In this document: positions 1-12,710 of the stretch, one piece after another
Layout of the letters: each line of letters opens with the position of its first letter
Position numbering within the stretch: the first letter of the stretch is position 1
DNA from: Paragordius varius
Lineage: Eukaryota; Animalia; Nematomorpha
Direction of reading: 5' to 3'
Length of the DNA stretch: 64,000 nt
Assembly (NCBI GenBank): GCA_964247055.1
Contig: OZ176050.1
Location: 14,260,001 to 14,324,000, forward strand
Translations under genes and position numbers: made by a program
The notes under the pieces: generated by a model
Databases searched by the model: none
The model's input: the letters and a program-made list of their open reading frames with translations, nothing else
Told to the model about the DNA's origin: nothing

Positions 1-591
1 TTTGTAAAAATAAATAAATATTCACTTAAACTTTTTTATAACTGATATATATACAGTAAAAATGGACAAAACTTAATAATATACAGACAAATTTTTTTTC
101 AAAAGACAATCTAACCCTTTCAAGCTTTAATTTTTTCATTGTTTTATACAAAGATGTATAAAATAGATTATATTGGTAACATAATCAATTACATATTTTA
201 CGATTGTTATTAAATTATTTTAATGGGATAAATTAAGATTTGAAAAACTATAGTTGTCTTTTGAAAAAAATTATGGTCTTTATATTTTTGCATTTTGTCC
301 GTAAAATTTTAATTTATATTATTATATATAAATATATATAACTAGGGGTGTTTGGAATAAAAATATTTTACTTACTTTAATGGAATACGTGTACAAAAAT
401 CGTGTAAGAAAATCAAAATAGTAAAATAAAATAACTATATTTTTGCAAACTCGAGCATTTTTTATCTTATATTTGGCTGAGTGCCAAGTAAAACTAACAT
501 ACAACTACCTATGGGGGTATTTTTGCAAAACCCCTGTGTAAGTATCAAATATTTCCAATGCTTTTATATTACTCAATTTTAAAAGCTTAAA

Positions 592-1105
592 CACTTCGAT
601 TCAAATTAGGGTATCTAAATATCCCAGACTTAATTAAAGTTAGTATTATATCAATAAATACTGATTATGCTTCTAATCAAAAATAAATTATATGCCAAAT
701 TCGTTTTGAAAAAAATGTTCCATGACCATATCGACCCCAATTTTATTTTGCAAAATTTTTGCAAACTATCGTCTTCATGTAATTTTAAAGGTAATAAAGC
801 TAATTTTTTATTTAACTTACATCTAACATTGATAAAAATAGATAAAATGGTTTATCTTGTATTATTTTGCAATTTTATTATTGCACACATGTGACGCTGA
901 CCAAATATTTACCCTTGGATTTTTAGCTTCAAATAGGTAAAATCAAGTATTTTCTAATAAAATCTTTTATGTATTTCCGTTTTAATGTCTAATAAATAAA
1001 TTTTGTCATGGTTTCGAATCCAGAATTTAATTTTAAATAGGCCTGGGATATCCAACTACCCCAATTTGAATCAAAGGACAAAAATGAATGGGTTGTATCC
1101 ATGTG
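592..1105. mobile_element. piggyBac-like non-autonomous element (MITE-B), array copy; others at 2111-~2345 (truncated), 6654-7180, 8170-8730, 9775-10289
   Basis: Left end CACTTCGATTCAAATT(A/G)GGGTA; right end TACCCCAATTTGAATC(G/A)AAGG...ATCCA(A/T)GTG followed by TTAA. Most copies are flanked by TTAA. Confidence 0.8.
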
Positions 1106-1713
1106 TTAACCTTGATATTGAACATGTGAGAATAAGAAATTTTTTTATTCAAAAAATATTTTGCGAATTTTATATCGTGATTAACATTGATTGCCCAACA
1201 AATTTTATTTATTGACTTTTTTAGTGTGGCACACTCTTGTTTAAATGAATAAATTTGCCATTTACACATTTTAACATGATACATCATACAAGTACCTTAG
1301 AACATAATATTCCAAAGATTACAAGGTTTTTAGGCTGTGTAACTGTTTTAGTTATGTATGGAAGGGTAAAATTATGATTTAATTAACCCAAATTCCATGT
1401 AAGTCCAATTTTAAGGTATTTGTGTTATGTATAAATAGTATATAAAAACTTTTAAATAATATAATAATTTTGATATAATGCTAAAAATATATACCCTAAA
1501 ATAGCTTAAAAGCTATTATGGTTAAAAATTTGTGAAAATTGATTTACTTAATATATATTTTACATATATTAATAAATTAAACAGCAAATACTGGAAACTG
1601 TTAATGTTAAATTTTATTCTGTTAAATACTTTTCAAAGCTTTTAAATTCAAATAGGTTTGGGATAAAAAACAACCCCAATCAAGTGTTTATATATTTTAT
1701 AATTTAGTAAATA

Positions 1714-1992
1714 CAGTAAAAACTGAGATTATACGGACCAAACGAATTAAAAAGTCAAATATTTTTTTTTTCAAAAGACAACCATATTTTTTGAAGCTCA
1801 TACCCATTGTTTTAAACTGTGAAGTATAAAATTGATATGCATATTGGTAATAAAATAAATTCCATATTTTACAATTATAATTATATAATTTATTATAAGA
1901 AAAATTAAGATTTAAAAAGGTAGGGTTGTCTTTTGAAAAAAATATTTGTCTTTATGTTTTTACGTTTTGTCCGTATATTTTAATTTTTACTG
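1714..1992. mobile_element. Tc1/mariner-like MITE family A (~280-290 bp); other array copies about 54-320, 7779-8072, 9220-9502, 10771-11054, plus one split by the Penelope insert
   Basis: Long TIRs, consensus CAGTAAAAATTGAAATTATACGGACAAAACGTAAAAATATAAAGACAAAT. TA dinucleotide on both sides (TA-CAGT...ACTG-TA). No coding capacity. Confidence 0.85.
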
Positions 1993-2566
1993 TATATATG
2001 TATTATAGTAGTTATGATGTCTAGAGACTATTTTATAATAATTAAAAATACCACAAAATTTGCCAAATTTAAAATTAATAATTTTATAACATTATTTAGT
2101 GTTTAATTAACACTTGGATTCAATTTGGGGTAAAATAGCCCAGACTTAATTCGTATTAGGATTCTTAAAAAAGTACTTAGGAAACGGTCCGAATTCAAAT
2201 TTATGCTTATCCTATTAAATATTATATAAATATGCCAAAATATCTGATTTTGTTTTGAAAAAAAGTCCATGTCAAACTACTTCGACGCCATTTTTATTTT
2301 ACAAAATTTTTACAAAATATCGTCTTCATTTTTAGGGTAAAATTATGTCTAACACGCTTTTTCAAAAACAAAAGTTCTCTGAAAATGTTTTAACAAAAAA
2401 TAAAAAATTGGATTTCAATCAAAAATTTAGGATAATTTAGAAGATATCTCATTCAATATTGAGCTTAAAATAATCCCATTTATTAAAACAGTCGCGAAGA
2501 TATTTGTGTTAGACAACTCTGTTCTTGTAAAAATAAAATATAGTCACTTAAATTTTTTTTTATAAA

Positions 2567-2604
<38 letters not shown>

Positions 2605-2720
2605 TTAAATAGAAATTATAGGGATAAAACGTAATAATATAAGAATATAAATTATTTTCGACACGTGAATAGTATAAAAATATGGAAATTTATTTAAAAC
2701 GTATCATAGAATAAATAAAA

Positions 2721-2764
2721 TTCGAACGGTTTCGGACATTTTAACGTGTGTCCGTCCTCAGCAT
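2721..2764 (-). ncRNA. Minimal hammerhead-ribozyme-like motif of the Penelope pseudo-LTR
   Basis: The minus strand reads AUG-CUGAGGA-C-GGACA(CACGUUAAAA)UGUCC-GAAAC-C-GUU-CGAA: conserved core, 5-bp stem II, near-palindromic stem III, weak stem I. Confidence 0.55.
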
Positions 2765-3009
2765 AAAAAAAAAAAAAATAAAAATTATATAAAAATTAGG
2801 ATGGATAAAATGGTGCTTTATATACAATTTTTAAAAACGTTTATTGTTGTTTCTTTTCTCGTAACAAATGATAAGTTAAAACCATTTGTCATTGAGAGTG
2901 GTTTAAACCATGTCAACAAACAATTAAATTTATAAACATATACTAAAAAAAAAAAAAAAAAACACACAAAGAACAACTTTGAGTGGAAAACAAAAGAGTC
3001 CATATGGAT

Positions 3010-5189
3010 TCAATCATCAAGAATGACTTTCCATATATCACTCATCTTTTGTCCCTCCTCTCGGTTAAAGTTGTTTCCTTTGAGAATCTCTAATGATTCC
3101 CGCGTAAGCCTTTGATTATTATTGAAAATTGTAATGCAACTGACATTGTCAAAGGAAACATTATGATTTTCCTTCCAACAATGTTCCGCAATACAACTCT
3201 TAAAATCTCCATTCTTTATGTTATACTTGTGTTCATTCAGGCGTGTTTTAACTTTCCTTGCGGTTTGGCCGATATATACCCTGCCACACTCGCATGGAAC
3301 TTTATACACCCCTGGATAATTTAATTTGGATTTATTATTATTTGATAAAAAAGTTTTTAATTTAAGACCTGGTTTAAACCCCACACCAATGTCAAATTGC
3401 TTTAAAGTGTGAGCTATGCGATCGGTGATGTTCTGTATATATGGTAATGAAATAAAAAACTTATAATTTTTTGTGTTTTCTTTGGTATTATTTAGTGATA
3501 AAATTGCTCGATGGATATCGTTTGCAGAATATCCATTTTTTAAAAAGGTTTCCACAAAACGCTCTGTTATAATATTCTTATTTGCATTATCTGTCAGTTT
3601 AAGCCGGCGAAAGATTTGATTTTTTAAAACATTCTTTTTTTGTAACGAGTTGTGGTAAGAACTTTTATGTAAATAGGTATTGGAATGAGTGGGTTTTTGA
3701 TAAAAACTGTATGACAATGTTGTGTCATTTCGAGTAATTAAAACATCTAAAAATGGTAGTGATCGGTTAGCCTCAAATTCGACGGTTAAACGTATGTTAA
3801 AAGGATTCGAATTTATATAATCTAAAAATAAGGAGAGATCAGTTCTTGTATGTGGCCAAATGATAAACATATCGTCCACATACCGGGTATAAAATTTTGG
3901 TTTTAAAAAATAATTTAATATAAATTGATTTTCAAATGTTTCCATAAAAAGATCAGCTAGAATGGGGGAAATTGGGGAACCCATCGGTAACCCGTCTTTC
4001 TGCAAGTAAAAATTATCATTGAATTCAAAAAAATATTATTTATACAAAATTCAATCAGGGAAATATATTTCGCATCCACCTTTAAATCTTTAAGAAGATG
4101 GGTTAACTCCTTGAGGGGTACACTGGTAAAGAGGCTTTCCACATCTAAACTTATTAATAAATCGGTTTCAGCTACTTGTATATCCCTTATTCTATCTATA
4201 AATTCAAACGAATTTTTTAATTTGTTTTTTAAGAAGGGTTGCAAATATTCTGATAAATGCTGTGCCAAACCATATAAAGATGAATTTTTGGTGGATACAA
4301 TTGGACGCAGTGGAACATCCGTTTTATGCGTTTTTGGGACACCATACATACTGGGATTAATAGGGCACTGAGGAATTAACGAATTGTGTAAATGTGAGGG
4401 AATGGGAGATGATTTTATCATTTTTTTAACATTTATGTGTAATGTGTTAAAAGGGCATCGTGTGATCTTTTTATATTTGGATGTATCTTCTAAAATATGT
4501 TGCATTTTTTGATTATAGTCTAACAAGTTCATTATAACTACTTGGTTTCCTTTGTCAGAGTTTGAAATAAAAATATCATTATTATTTTTCAACTCTTTTA
4601 ATGCTATATATTGTTCACGTGATATGTTTGATCGCCTTCTTTCATCTTTGTTGTTCTTAAGGATAGATACGACTTGCATTCTGATGATGTCAGCTATTTT
4701 TGGATCTATACGAGAGAGACCTGCTTCAACGTTTGAAATAATTTGTTCTACTGGCACAACTGAGGGAGAAATAGCAAATTTTAGGCCTTTATTTAAAATT
4801 GAGCTCATATGGTCATTAAGCACCATGTTTGACATGTTTACGATCAGGTTTTCGTTGTTATTATTAACTTTGTTTGTCACTTGATTTGTTTTTATTGATT
4901 CATGTAAATTATTTTTATTGATGGGGTTTTTTTCTTTATTGTTATTTCCTTCAATGTAGTATTTTGAGCAGGTAGGTTGGTCATCTATAGAAAGGTGTTT
5001 AAACTGTTCGTGAAGTGTTTTAGACATCAATACGTCTGTTTCTTTTTTATCTAAATGAGTAGGTTCCAATTTTATGTCATTATTATACGACTTTTGGTTG
5101 TTTTTAATTTTGTTAACATTTAGGGTATCTAACCGTTTTTTAACATTAGCTATTAATCTCTCTTCATTTCTAACTTTATTGTTTCTTTC
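3010..5189 (-). CDS. Penelope RT-GIY-YIG polyprotein, interrupted by a single 1-nt frameshift at about 4027-4033
   Basis: PLE RT motifs YGVPKTHK..PLRPIVS, LDVESLFTSVP, QKDGLPMGSPISP, YVDD; endonuclease GVYKVPCECGRVYIGQT...RLNEH. The frame is open up to the inversion junction at 5189. Adding one T to the T7 run restores NNIFFEFNDNFYLQKDG. Confidence 0.9.
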
Positions 5190-5769
5190 TTATGCAAATA
5201 AGAATATTATAACAGAGCGTTTTGTGGAAACCTTTTTAAAAAATGGATATTCTGCAAACGATATCCATCGAGCAATTTTATCACTAAATAATACCAAAGA
5301 AAACACAAAAAATTATAAGTTTTTTATTTCATTACCATATATACAGAACATCACCGATCGCATAGCTCACACTTTAAAGCAATTTGACATTGGTGTGGGG
5401 TTTAAACCAGGTCTTAAATTAAAAACTTTTTTATCAAATAATAATAAATCCAAATTAAATTATCCAGGGGTGTATAAAGTTCCATGCGAGTGTGGCAGGG
5501 TATATATCGGCCAAACCGCAAGGAAAGTTAAAACACGCCTGAATGAACACAAGTATAACATAAAGAATGGAGATTTTAAGAGTTGTATTGCGGAACATTG
5601 TTGGAAGGAAAATCATAATGTTTCCTTTGACAATGTCAGTTGCATTACAATTTTCAATAATAATCAAAGGCTTACGCGGGAATCATTAGAGATTCTCAAA
5701 GGAAACAACTTTAACCGAGAGGAGGGACAAAAGATGAGTGATATATGGAAAGTCATTCTTGATGATTGA
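5074..5769 (+). CDS. Chimeric ORF: antisense-derived N-terminus fused in frame to the duplicated Penelope C-terminal/GIY-YIG domain
   Basis: From ANKNIITERF to VILDD the translation is identical to the C-terminus of ORF 3010..4005. The N-terminal ~40 aa come from the opposite strand of the 5' ORF region. Expression is unknown. Confidence 0.5.
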   Translation: MSLLYDFWLFLILLTFRVSNRFLTLAINLSSFLTLLFLSYANKNIITERFVETFLKNGYSANDIHRAILSLNNTKENTKNYKFFISLPYIQNITDRIAHTLKQFDIGVGFKPGLKLKTFLSNNNKSKLNYPGVYKVPCECGRVYIGQTARKVKTRLNEHKYNIKNGDFKSCIAEHCWKENHNVSFDNVSCITIFNNNQRLTRESLEILKGNNFNREEGQKMSDIWKVILDD

Positions 5770-6020
5770 ATCCATATGGACTCTTTTGTTTTCCACTCAA
5801 AGTTGTTCTTTGTGTTTTTTTTTTTTTTTTTTTTTTTTAGTATATGTTTATAAATTTAATTGTTTGTTGACATGGTTTAAACCACTCTCAATGACAAATG
5901 GTTTTAACTTATCATTTGTTACGAGAAAAGAAACAACAATAAACGTTTTTAAAAATTGTATATAAAGCACCATTTTATCCATCCTAATTTTTATATAATT
6001 TTTATTTTTTTTTTTTTTTT

Positions 6021-6064
6021 ATGCTGAGTACGGACACACGTTAAAATGTCCGAAACCGTTCGAA
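6021..6064 (+). ncRNA. Second hammerhead-like motif in the inverted arm, with core mutated (CUGAGUA)
   Basis: Same as the 2721-2764 copy except G to T at 6029 in the CUGANGA box. Confidence 0.45.
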
Positions 6065-6357
6065 TTTTATTTATTCTATGATACGTTTTAAATAAATTTC
6101 CATATTTTTATCGTAATAATATAGACAATTTTTTTTTCAAAAGACTTCCATGCCTTTTCAAACTCAACTTTTTTTAAAGCAACTCATTTTTTAAAACAAC
6201 AATGTAAAAAATAGAGTAAATTGGTAGAATCAATTACATATATGATTGTTTTTAAATGATTTTAATAGGATAAATTAAGGTTTGAAAAAGTATGGATGTC
6301 TTTTTAAAAAAATTATGGTCTTTATAATTTTGCGTTTTGTCCGTATATTTTCAATTC

Positions 6358-6397
<40 letters not shown>

Positions 6398-9300
6398 TAT
6401 TACTTGTTTGGATCAAAAAAAATTTACTTACTTTAATGGAATACATATACAAAAATCGTTTAAGAAAATCAAAATAATTGTAAAACAAAATAAATATATT
6501 TTTGCAAACTCAAGCATTTATTATCTTGTATTTGACTGAGTGCCAAGTAATATAAACATACAACTACCTATAGGGGTATTTTTGCAAAACTCCTGTATAA
6601 ATATCAAATATTTCCAATTATACTTTTATATTATTCAATTTTGAAAGCTTTAACACTTCCATTCAAATTGGGGTAACTAAATACCCCAGACTTAATTATA
6701 GTTAGTATTATCTAAAAACACTGAAAGCACCGGTCCCAATTTAAATTTATGCTTCTATTCAAATATAAATTATATGCTAAAATAGCTAAATAAAAAATCG
6801 TTTTGATATGACTATATCGACCCCAAATTTGCAAAATTTTTGCAAAATATCAGCTTCATGTAATTTTAAAGGTAAAATTAAAGCTAATATTTTTTAAATT
6901 ACATGATAGAATTAGAAAAAATGGGTTATTTTGTATTATTTTGCAATTTTATTATTGCAGACATGTCACGCTGACCAAATTTTTACCCTTGGGTTTTAGC
7001 TTAAAATAAGTGAAATCAAGTATTCTTTAATAAAATCTTTTAAATATTTTTGTTTATTAATGTCTAATAAATAAATTTTGCCATGGTTTCGAATTTAATA
7101 TTTAATTTTAAACAAGCCTGAAATATCCAACTACCACAATTTGAATCAAATGACTAAAATGAATGTCTTGTCTCCAGGTGTTAACCTTGATATTTGATTA
7201 CATGTGAGAATAAGAATTTTTTTTATTCAAAAAATATTTTATAAGGCGGATTTATCGTGCTTGACATTGATTGCCCAACAAATTTTATTTGCTGATGCAC
7301 ACTCCTGTTCAAATGAATTAATTTGCCATTGACGCATTTTAATATAATTCATACAAGTACCTTAAAATATAAATATTTTTCCAAAGATTACAAGGTTTTT
7401 AGGCTGTGTAACTCTTTTAGTTATGTATGGAAGGTTAAAATTATGATATAATTAACCCAAATTCTGTAAGTTTAATTCATTGGTATTTGTGTTATGTATA
7501 GTATATAAAAACTTTTACATAAAAAAATAATTTTAATAAATGCTAAACTAAATATATACCCTAACTTAAAAGCTTTCAATATGGTTGGAAAATTGTAAAA
7601 AATGATAAACCTAATATATTTTACATATATTAATATATAAACAGCAGAAAAAACTGAAAAATTTTAAAAAGTTAAATTTCCTTCTCTTAAATACTTTTCA
7701 AAGATTATAAATTCAAAGAGCTTTGGGATATGAAACAACCCCAGTCAAGTGTTTTTATATTTTATGATTTGGTTTATACAGTTAAAACTATAATTATACG
7801 GACAAAACGTATAATTATCAACACAAATATTTTTTTTTCAAAGGACAACCATATTTTTTGAAGCTTTATTTTTTGGAATATAACCCATTGTTTCAAACTG
7901 TGAAGTATGAGATTGATATACATATTGGTAATACAATCAATTCCATATTTTACAATTATAATTATATAATTTATGATAAAAAAATTAAGGTTTAAAAATA
8001 CAGGGTTGTCTTTTGAAAAAATATATTTGTCTTTATATTTTTACGTTTTGCCCGTATAATTTCAATTTTTAATATTTATTATGACGTCTAGAAGCTATTT
8101 AATAAAAATACCATTAAAATTGGCTAAATAAAATTAACTATTTCTTAACATTTTTCAGTGTTTAATTAACAGTTCGATTCAATTTGGGGCATCTAAATAC
8201 CTTAGGCTAAGTTTGTATTAGGTTTCATAATAAACTACTGAAGGAATCGGTCCCAATTTAAATTTATGCTTATCCTATTAAAAATTATATTATACCAAAA
8301 TATCTAAATAGAATTTTGTTAAAAAAAAGTCTATATCAAACAACTTCGACGTTATTTTTATTTTCCAAAATTTTTGCAAAATATCGTCTTCATTTAATTT
8401 TAAGGGTAGAATTAATAATTTTATTTTAACATCTAAAATTGATAGAAATAGAAAAAGCGGTGTTTTTTGTATTATTTTTCAATTTTACTATTGCACACAT
8501 GCCATGTTGACTAAATTTTTACCTTTCGGTTTTAGATTAAAATAAGTAATATCAAATATTTATTAATATCTTTTATATATTTCGGTTTATTAATGTTATA
8601 TAAGTGCAAAATTTTGCCATGGTTTCGATTCCTTCCATATTTTTAAAGAATTTAATTTTCAACAGCACCGGGGTATCTAACTACCCCAATTTGAATCGAA
8701 GGACTAAAATGAATGTGTTGTATTCAAGTGTTAAAAACATTCAAAAAATGGAAACTATTATAACATCATTAGGCACCGTGAAATAAAAAAAATTTACCTA
8801 AATTGTTCTTTTTATTTTGCTTTATAATAAGAAAATATTTTAGCTGTCGTTAACAAAAAATTAAAAATAATTTAACTACTTAAAATATTTTCGAAAATCA
8901 TCATGCTTTTTTCTTATAAAAAATAGATGCCCTGAGTGATCAGAAATATTAGGGAATTGGTTGTAGAGATAGGATGTCCAACACGCTTTTTAAAACAAAA
9001 GTTCTATGAAAATGTTTTAACAAAAAATAAAATTGGATTTCAATCAAAAATTTAGGATTATTTAGAAGATATATCATTCAGAATTGGGCTCAAAATAAAT
9101 AAAAAACCATTTATCAAAACAGTCGCGAAGATATTTGCGTTAGACAACTCTGTTCTTGTAAAAATAAATAAATATATTCACTTAAATTTTTTTATAACTG
9201 ATATATATATATATATATACAGTAAAAATTGAAATTATAGGGACAAAACATAATAATATGAAGACAATTTTTTTTTAAAAGACTACCATACCTTTTCAAA

Positions 9301-11309
9301 ATTTTTTTTTAAATATAGCTCATTGTTTTAAACAACAATGTATAAAATAGAGTATATTGGTAACATAATCAATTACATATTTTACGATTGTTATTAAATG
9401 ATTTTAATAGGATAAATTAAGATTTGAAAAAGTATGGCTGTCTTTTGAAAAAAATTGTGGTTTTTATATTTTTGCATTTTGTCCGTATAATTTCAATTTT
9501 TATTATTATATATAAATATATATAAATAGGGGTGTTTTGATTAAAAATATTTTACTTACTTTAATGGAATACGTGTACAAAAATCGTGTAAGAAAAGCAA
9601 ATAATTGTAAAATAAAATAAATATATTTTTGCAAACTCGAGCATTTATTATCTTGTATCGACTGAGTGCCTAGTAAAATAAACATACAACTACCTATGGG
9701 GGGTATTTTTGCAAAACACCTGTGTTATCATATTTCCAATTATACTTTATATTATTCAATTTTGAAAGCTTTAACACTTCTTCAAATTGGGGTATCTAAA
9801 TACCCCAGACTTAATTAAAGTTAGTATTTTCAAAATATACTGAAGGCACCACCAGTCCCAATTGAAATCTATGCTTCTATTCAAATAAAAATTATATGCC
9901 AAAATACCTAATTAAATTCGTTTTTAAAAAAAATCGACCCCAATTTTATTTTGCAAAATAGCCTCTTCATTATTTTAAGGGTAGAATTAAAACTAATTTT
10001 TTATTTAAATTACATTTAACATTGATAGAAATAGAAAAAGCCGTGTTTTTTGTTTTAAATATTGTTATTTCACACATGTCAGGTTGATAGCTTAAAATAA
10101 GTAATATCAAGTATTTTTTATTGAAATTTTTTATATATTTAGGATTATTAATGTTATATAAGAGCAAAATTTTGCCATGGTTTCGATTCCTTTCATAATT
10201 TTTAAAGAATTTAATTTTAAACTGCCCTGTGGTATTTAATTATCCCAATTTAAATCGAAGGACTAAAATGAATATGTTGTATCCATGTGTTAAAAAATGG
10301 AAACTATTATATCTTACATCATTTGCCGCCGTAAATATATAAAAAATACATTAATCTAAAGTGTTCTTTTTATTTTGCTTTATAATAAGAAAATATTTTC
10401 CCTGTCGTTTACAAAAAATTAATTATTTAACTAATTAGACTATTTTCAAAAATCATCATGCTTTTATAAAAAATAGATACCTTGAGTGATCAGAAATATA
10501 ACTGGATTGATTGTAGAGAAGGGATGTTTAACACGGTTTTTCAAAAACAAAAGTTCCCTGAAATGTCTTAACAAAAAATAAAAAATTTGATTTCAATCAA
10601 AAATTTAGGATTATTTAGAAGATATATCATCAAGATTGAGCTTAAAATAAATAAAAACCCATTGATCAAAACAGTCGCGAAAATATTTGTGTTAGACAAC
10701 TCTGTTCTTGTAAAAATAATAAATAATATTCATTTAAATCTTTTTTATAACTGATATATATATATATACACAGTAAAAATTGAAATTATAGGGACAAAAC
10801 GTAATAATATAAAGACAATTTTTTTTCAAAAGACTACCATACCTTTTCAAACTTAATTTTTCTAAATATAACTCATTTTTTTAAACAACAATGTATAAAA
10901 TAGAGTATATTGGTAACATAATCAATTACATATTTTACGATTGTTATTAAATGATTTTAATAGAATAAATTGAGGTTTGAAAAAGTATGGTTGTCTTTTG
11001 AAAAAAATTATGGTCTTTATATTTTTGCGTTTTGGTATAATTTATCAATTTTTATATAACTAGGGGTGTTTGAATCAAAAAAATTTTACTTACTTTAATG
11101 GTATACGTACACAAAAATCGTTTAAGAAAATCAAAATAATTGTGAAATAAAATAAATATATTTTTGCAAACTCATGCATTTATTATCTTATATTTGACTG
11201 CCTAGTATAATAAACATACAACTAACTCATTGGGGTATTTTTGCAAAACTCCTGTGTAAATTCAAATATTTCCAATTATACTCTTATATTCAATTTTGAA
11301 AGCTATAAC

Positions 11310-12001
11310 TAGGGTTGTGCTGACCAAGTCATTACCCGGTCAATTGACCAGGTCATGACCAGGGGACTATTTTTCTGACCCCGGTCATTTCAAAAACAGC
11401 TGTTTCAAAAATTGTTGGTGATTTTTTTGGAAGAGAAATAGTAAGATTTTATTGTTTTTATTATATTTTTTAAAACATATAAATTTAATATTTAAATATG
11501 CTTATTTAAAAATATAACATTGTAACATGCATCGTTATAAGATAAGCATTTAACCATATCCAGTTATTTGGGAAAACAAAATCAAGCAGCAGAAATTAAT
11601 TCATATATGTCAACCAATAAAATGAAAAAACATTTTATAATTAGATATTACAATGATGAAAGAATATAAAACAAACTTAGTAAAATTTGAAATATATTCA
11701 CTATGTATTTAAAGATTTAGAAGGCCACAAACATGTGGAAAAATTTATTTGAAAACAAAATTCTTGATTAAATTTTAAAAATAATAGAAAATAATTAATA
11801 TCAAAGAAATGTATAATATAAACTTTTAAGAAAAAAAAGGACATTATTAGTGATACCCAAGTGTCGTTCGAACATTATTTTCGCAATCCAATATCGCATG
11901 ATACTTATTTAAATGAAAAGTGGTCATGACCGTGGTCATGACCATGGTGTGACTAGGTCTGAGCGGACTTTTTTGAAAAACCAGTCAAATGCACAACCCT
12001 A
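11310..12001. mobile_element. hAT-like non-autonomous element (692 bp)
   Basis: Perfect 11-bp TIR TAGGGTTGTGC/GCACAACCCTA. Clustered subterminal TGACC/GGTCA motifs and GGTCATGACC palindromes at both ends. No TSD (GCTATAAC vs GGTCCAAC). Confidence 0.75.
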
Positions 12002-12710
12002 GGTCCAACACGTTCTCCGCAAAATTGTCTTAACCTGTTTTTTAGACAGGGTAGGCCCGAACTGGGGGCCTATTTCAAAAAAGGGCAAAGCTATTGTCGG
12101 GGCATTCATTAATGATATTTTTTCGATGATTGGATTTGAGTGGGTCTACCGGTTTACCGGTACCAGATCACTGCATTTGCCTTTTTTATAAATATATATA
12201 GATTACCATAATGTGTTATTATCCATATTTTTTTTAACATCCTATACATATGATGGATACTCCTTACTCAGCGGCTATCATCAAAGAAACGCTTATACCT
12301 TAAGCGAAAAATACAATCAAAAAATTATTTTTGTGGATTTTGTTTTTTTGGAAAAAAATGGCATTTTATGGGGGGAGCGGGTAAAAAGAGGGCCTAAATT
12401 AAAAAAGCGAGACGACTATGTTCGGCGCAATCGATAAGTAAAAAAAATCATATTTGAAATTGAATGGTCCAACACGTTCTCCAGAAAATTGTCTCAAAGA
12501 CACGATTTTTGTAGACTTCTTTTTTTAAATACCCCGTTTTTCACACTGGGTGGGCCCGAACTGGGCGCTATTTAAATAAAGGACGAAGCTAATGTCGGGG
12601 CATTCATTAATGATTTTATTTTTTCGATATTTGGATTTAATTGGGTCTACCGGTTTTCCGGTAACAGATCACAAAGCCAGCATTTTCCATTTATATAAAT
12701 ATATATAGAT
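12002..12710. repeat. Two fragments of the terminal region of unclassified repeat family D (12002-~12200, ~12255-12710)
   Basis: Motif string gtccaacacgttctcc...gggcccgaactggg...ggcattcattaatgat...gggtctaccggttt...acagatcac also occurs at ~46830-47070 and inverted at ~17290-17480 and ~37480-37650. Confidence 0.8.

Larger units (their letters stand above)
2645..6111 (-). mobile_element. Penelope-like retroelement (RT + GIY-YIG), 5'-truncated, with an inverted duplication of its 3' end
   Basis: RT and GIY-YIG ORFs on the - strand. 2674-3587 is a near-perfect reverse complement of 5192-6111. CGTAATAATATA is duplicated at 2630-2641 and 6112-6123 (TSD) inside a MITE-A TIR. Confidence 0.95.
1..11309. 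repeat. Tandem array of composite TE-derived units (units begin about 1, 2525, 9155, 10705; the array may extend upstream of the window)
   Basis: The marker 'gacaactctgttcttgtaaaaataaa...cacttaaa...(TA)n cagtaaaaattgaaatta' recurs at about 2520, 9150 and 10700, and its downstream part matches the window start. Units share ordered modules (TA-MITE, spacer, TTAA-MITE, spacer) but differ in length: ~2.5 kb, ~3.15 kb without the Penelope insert, ~1.55 kb, and a truncated fourth. Confidence 0.9.

Noticed and set aside
322-1287. Several 60-84 aa ORFs in the array, and similar ones at 6282, 8604, 9970, 20723 and 56647
   Set aside because: They lie in non-coding MITE or spacer sequence, are rich in AT-codon residues, and are not conserved as ORFs between repeat copies.
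4111-4884. + strand ORFs of 86 and 110 aa
   Set aside because: Antisense shadows of the Penelope RT frame.
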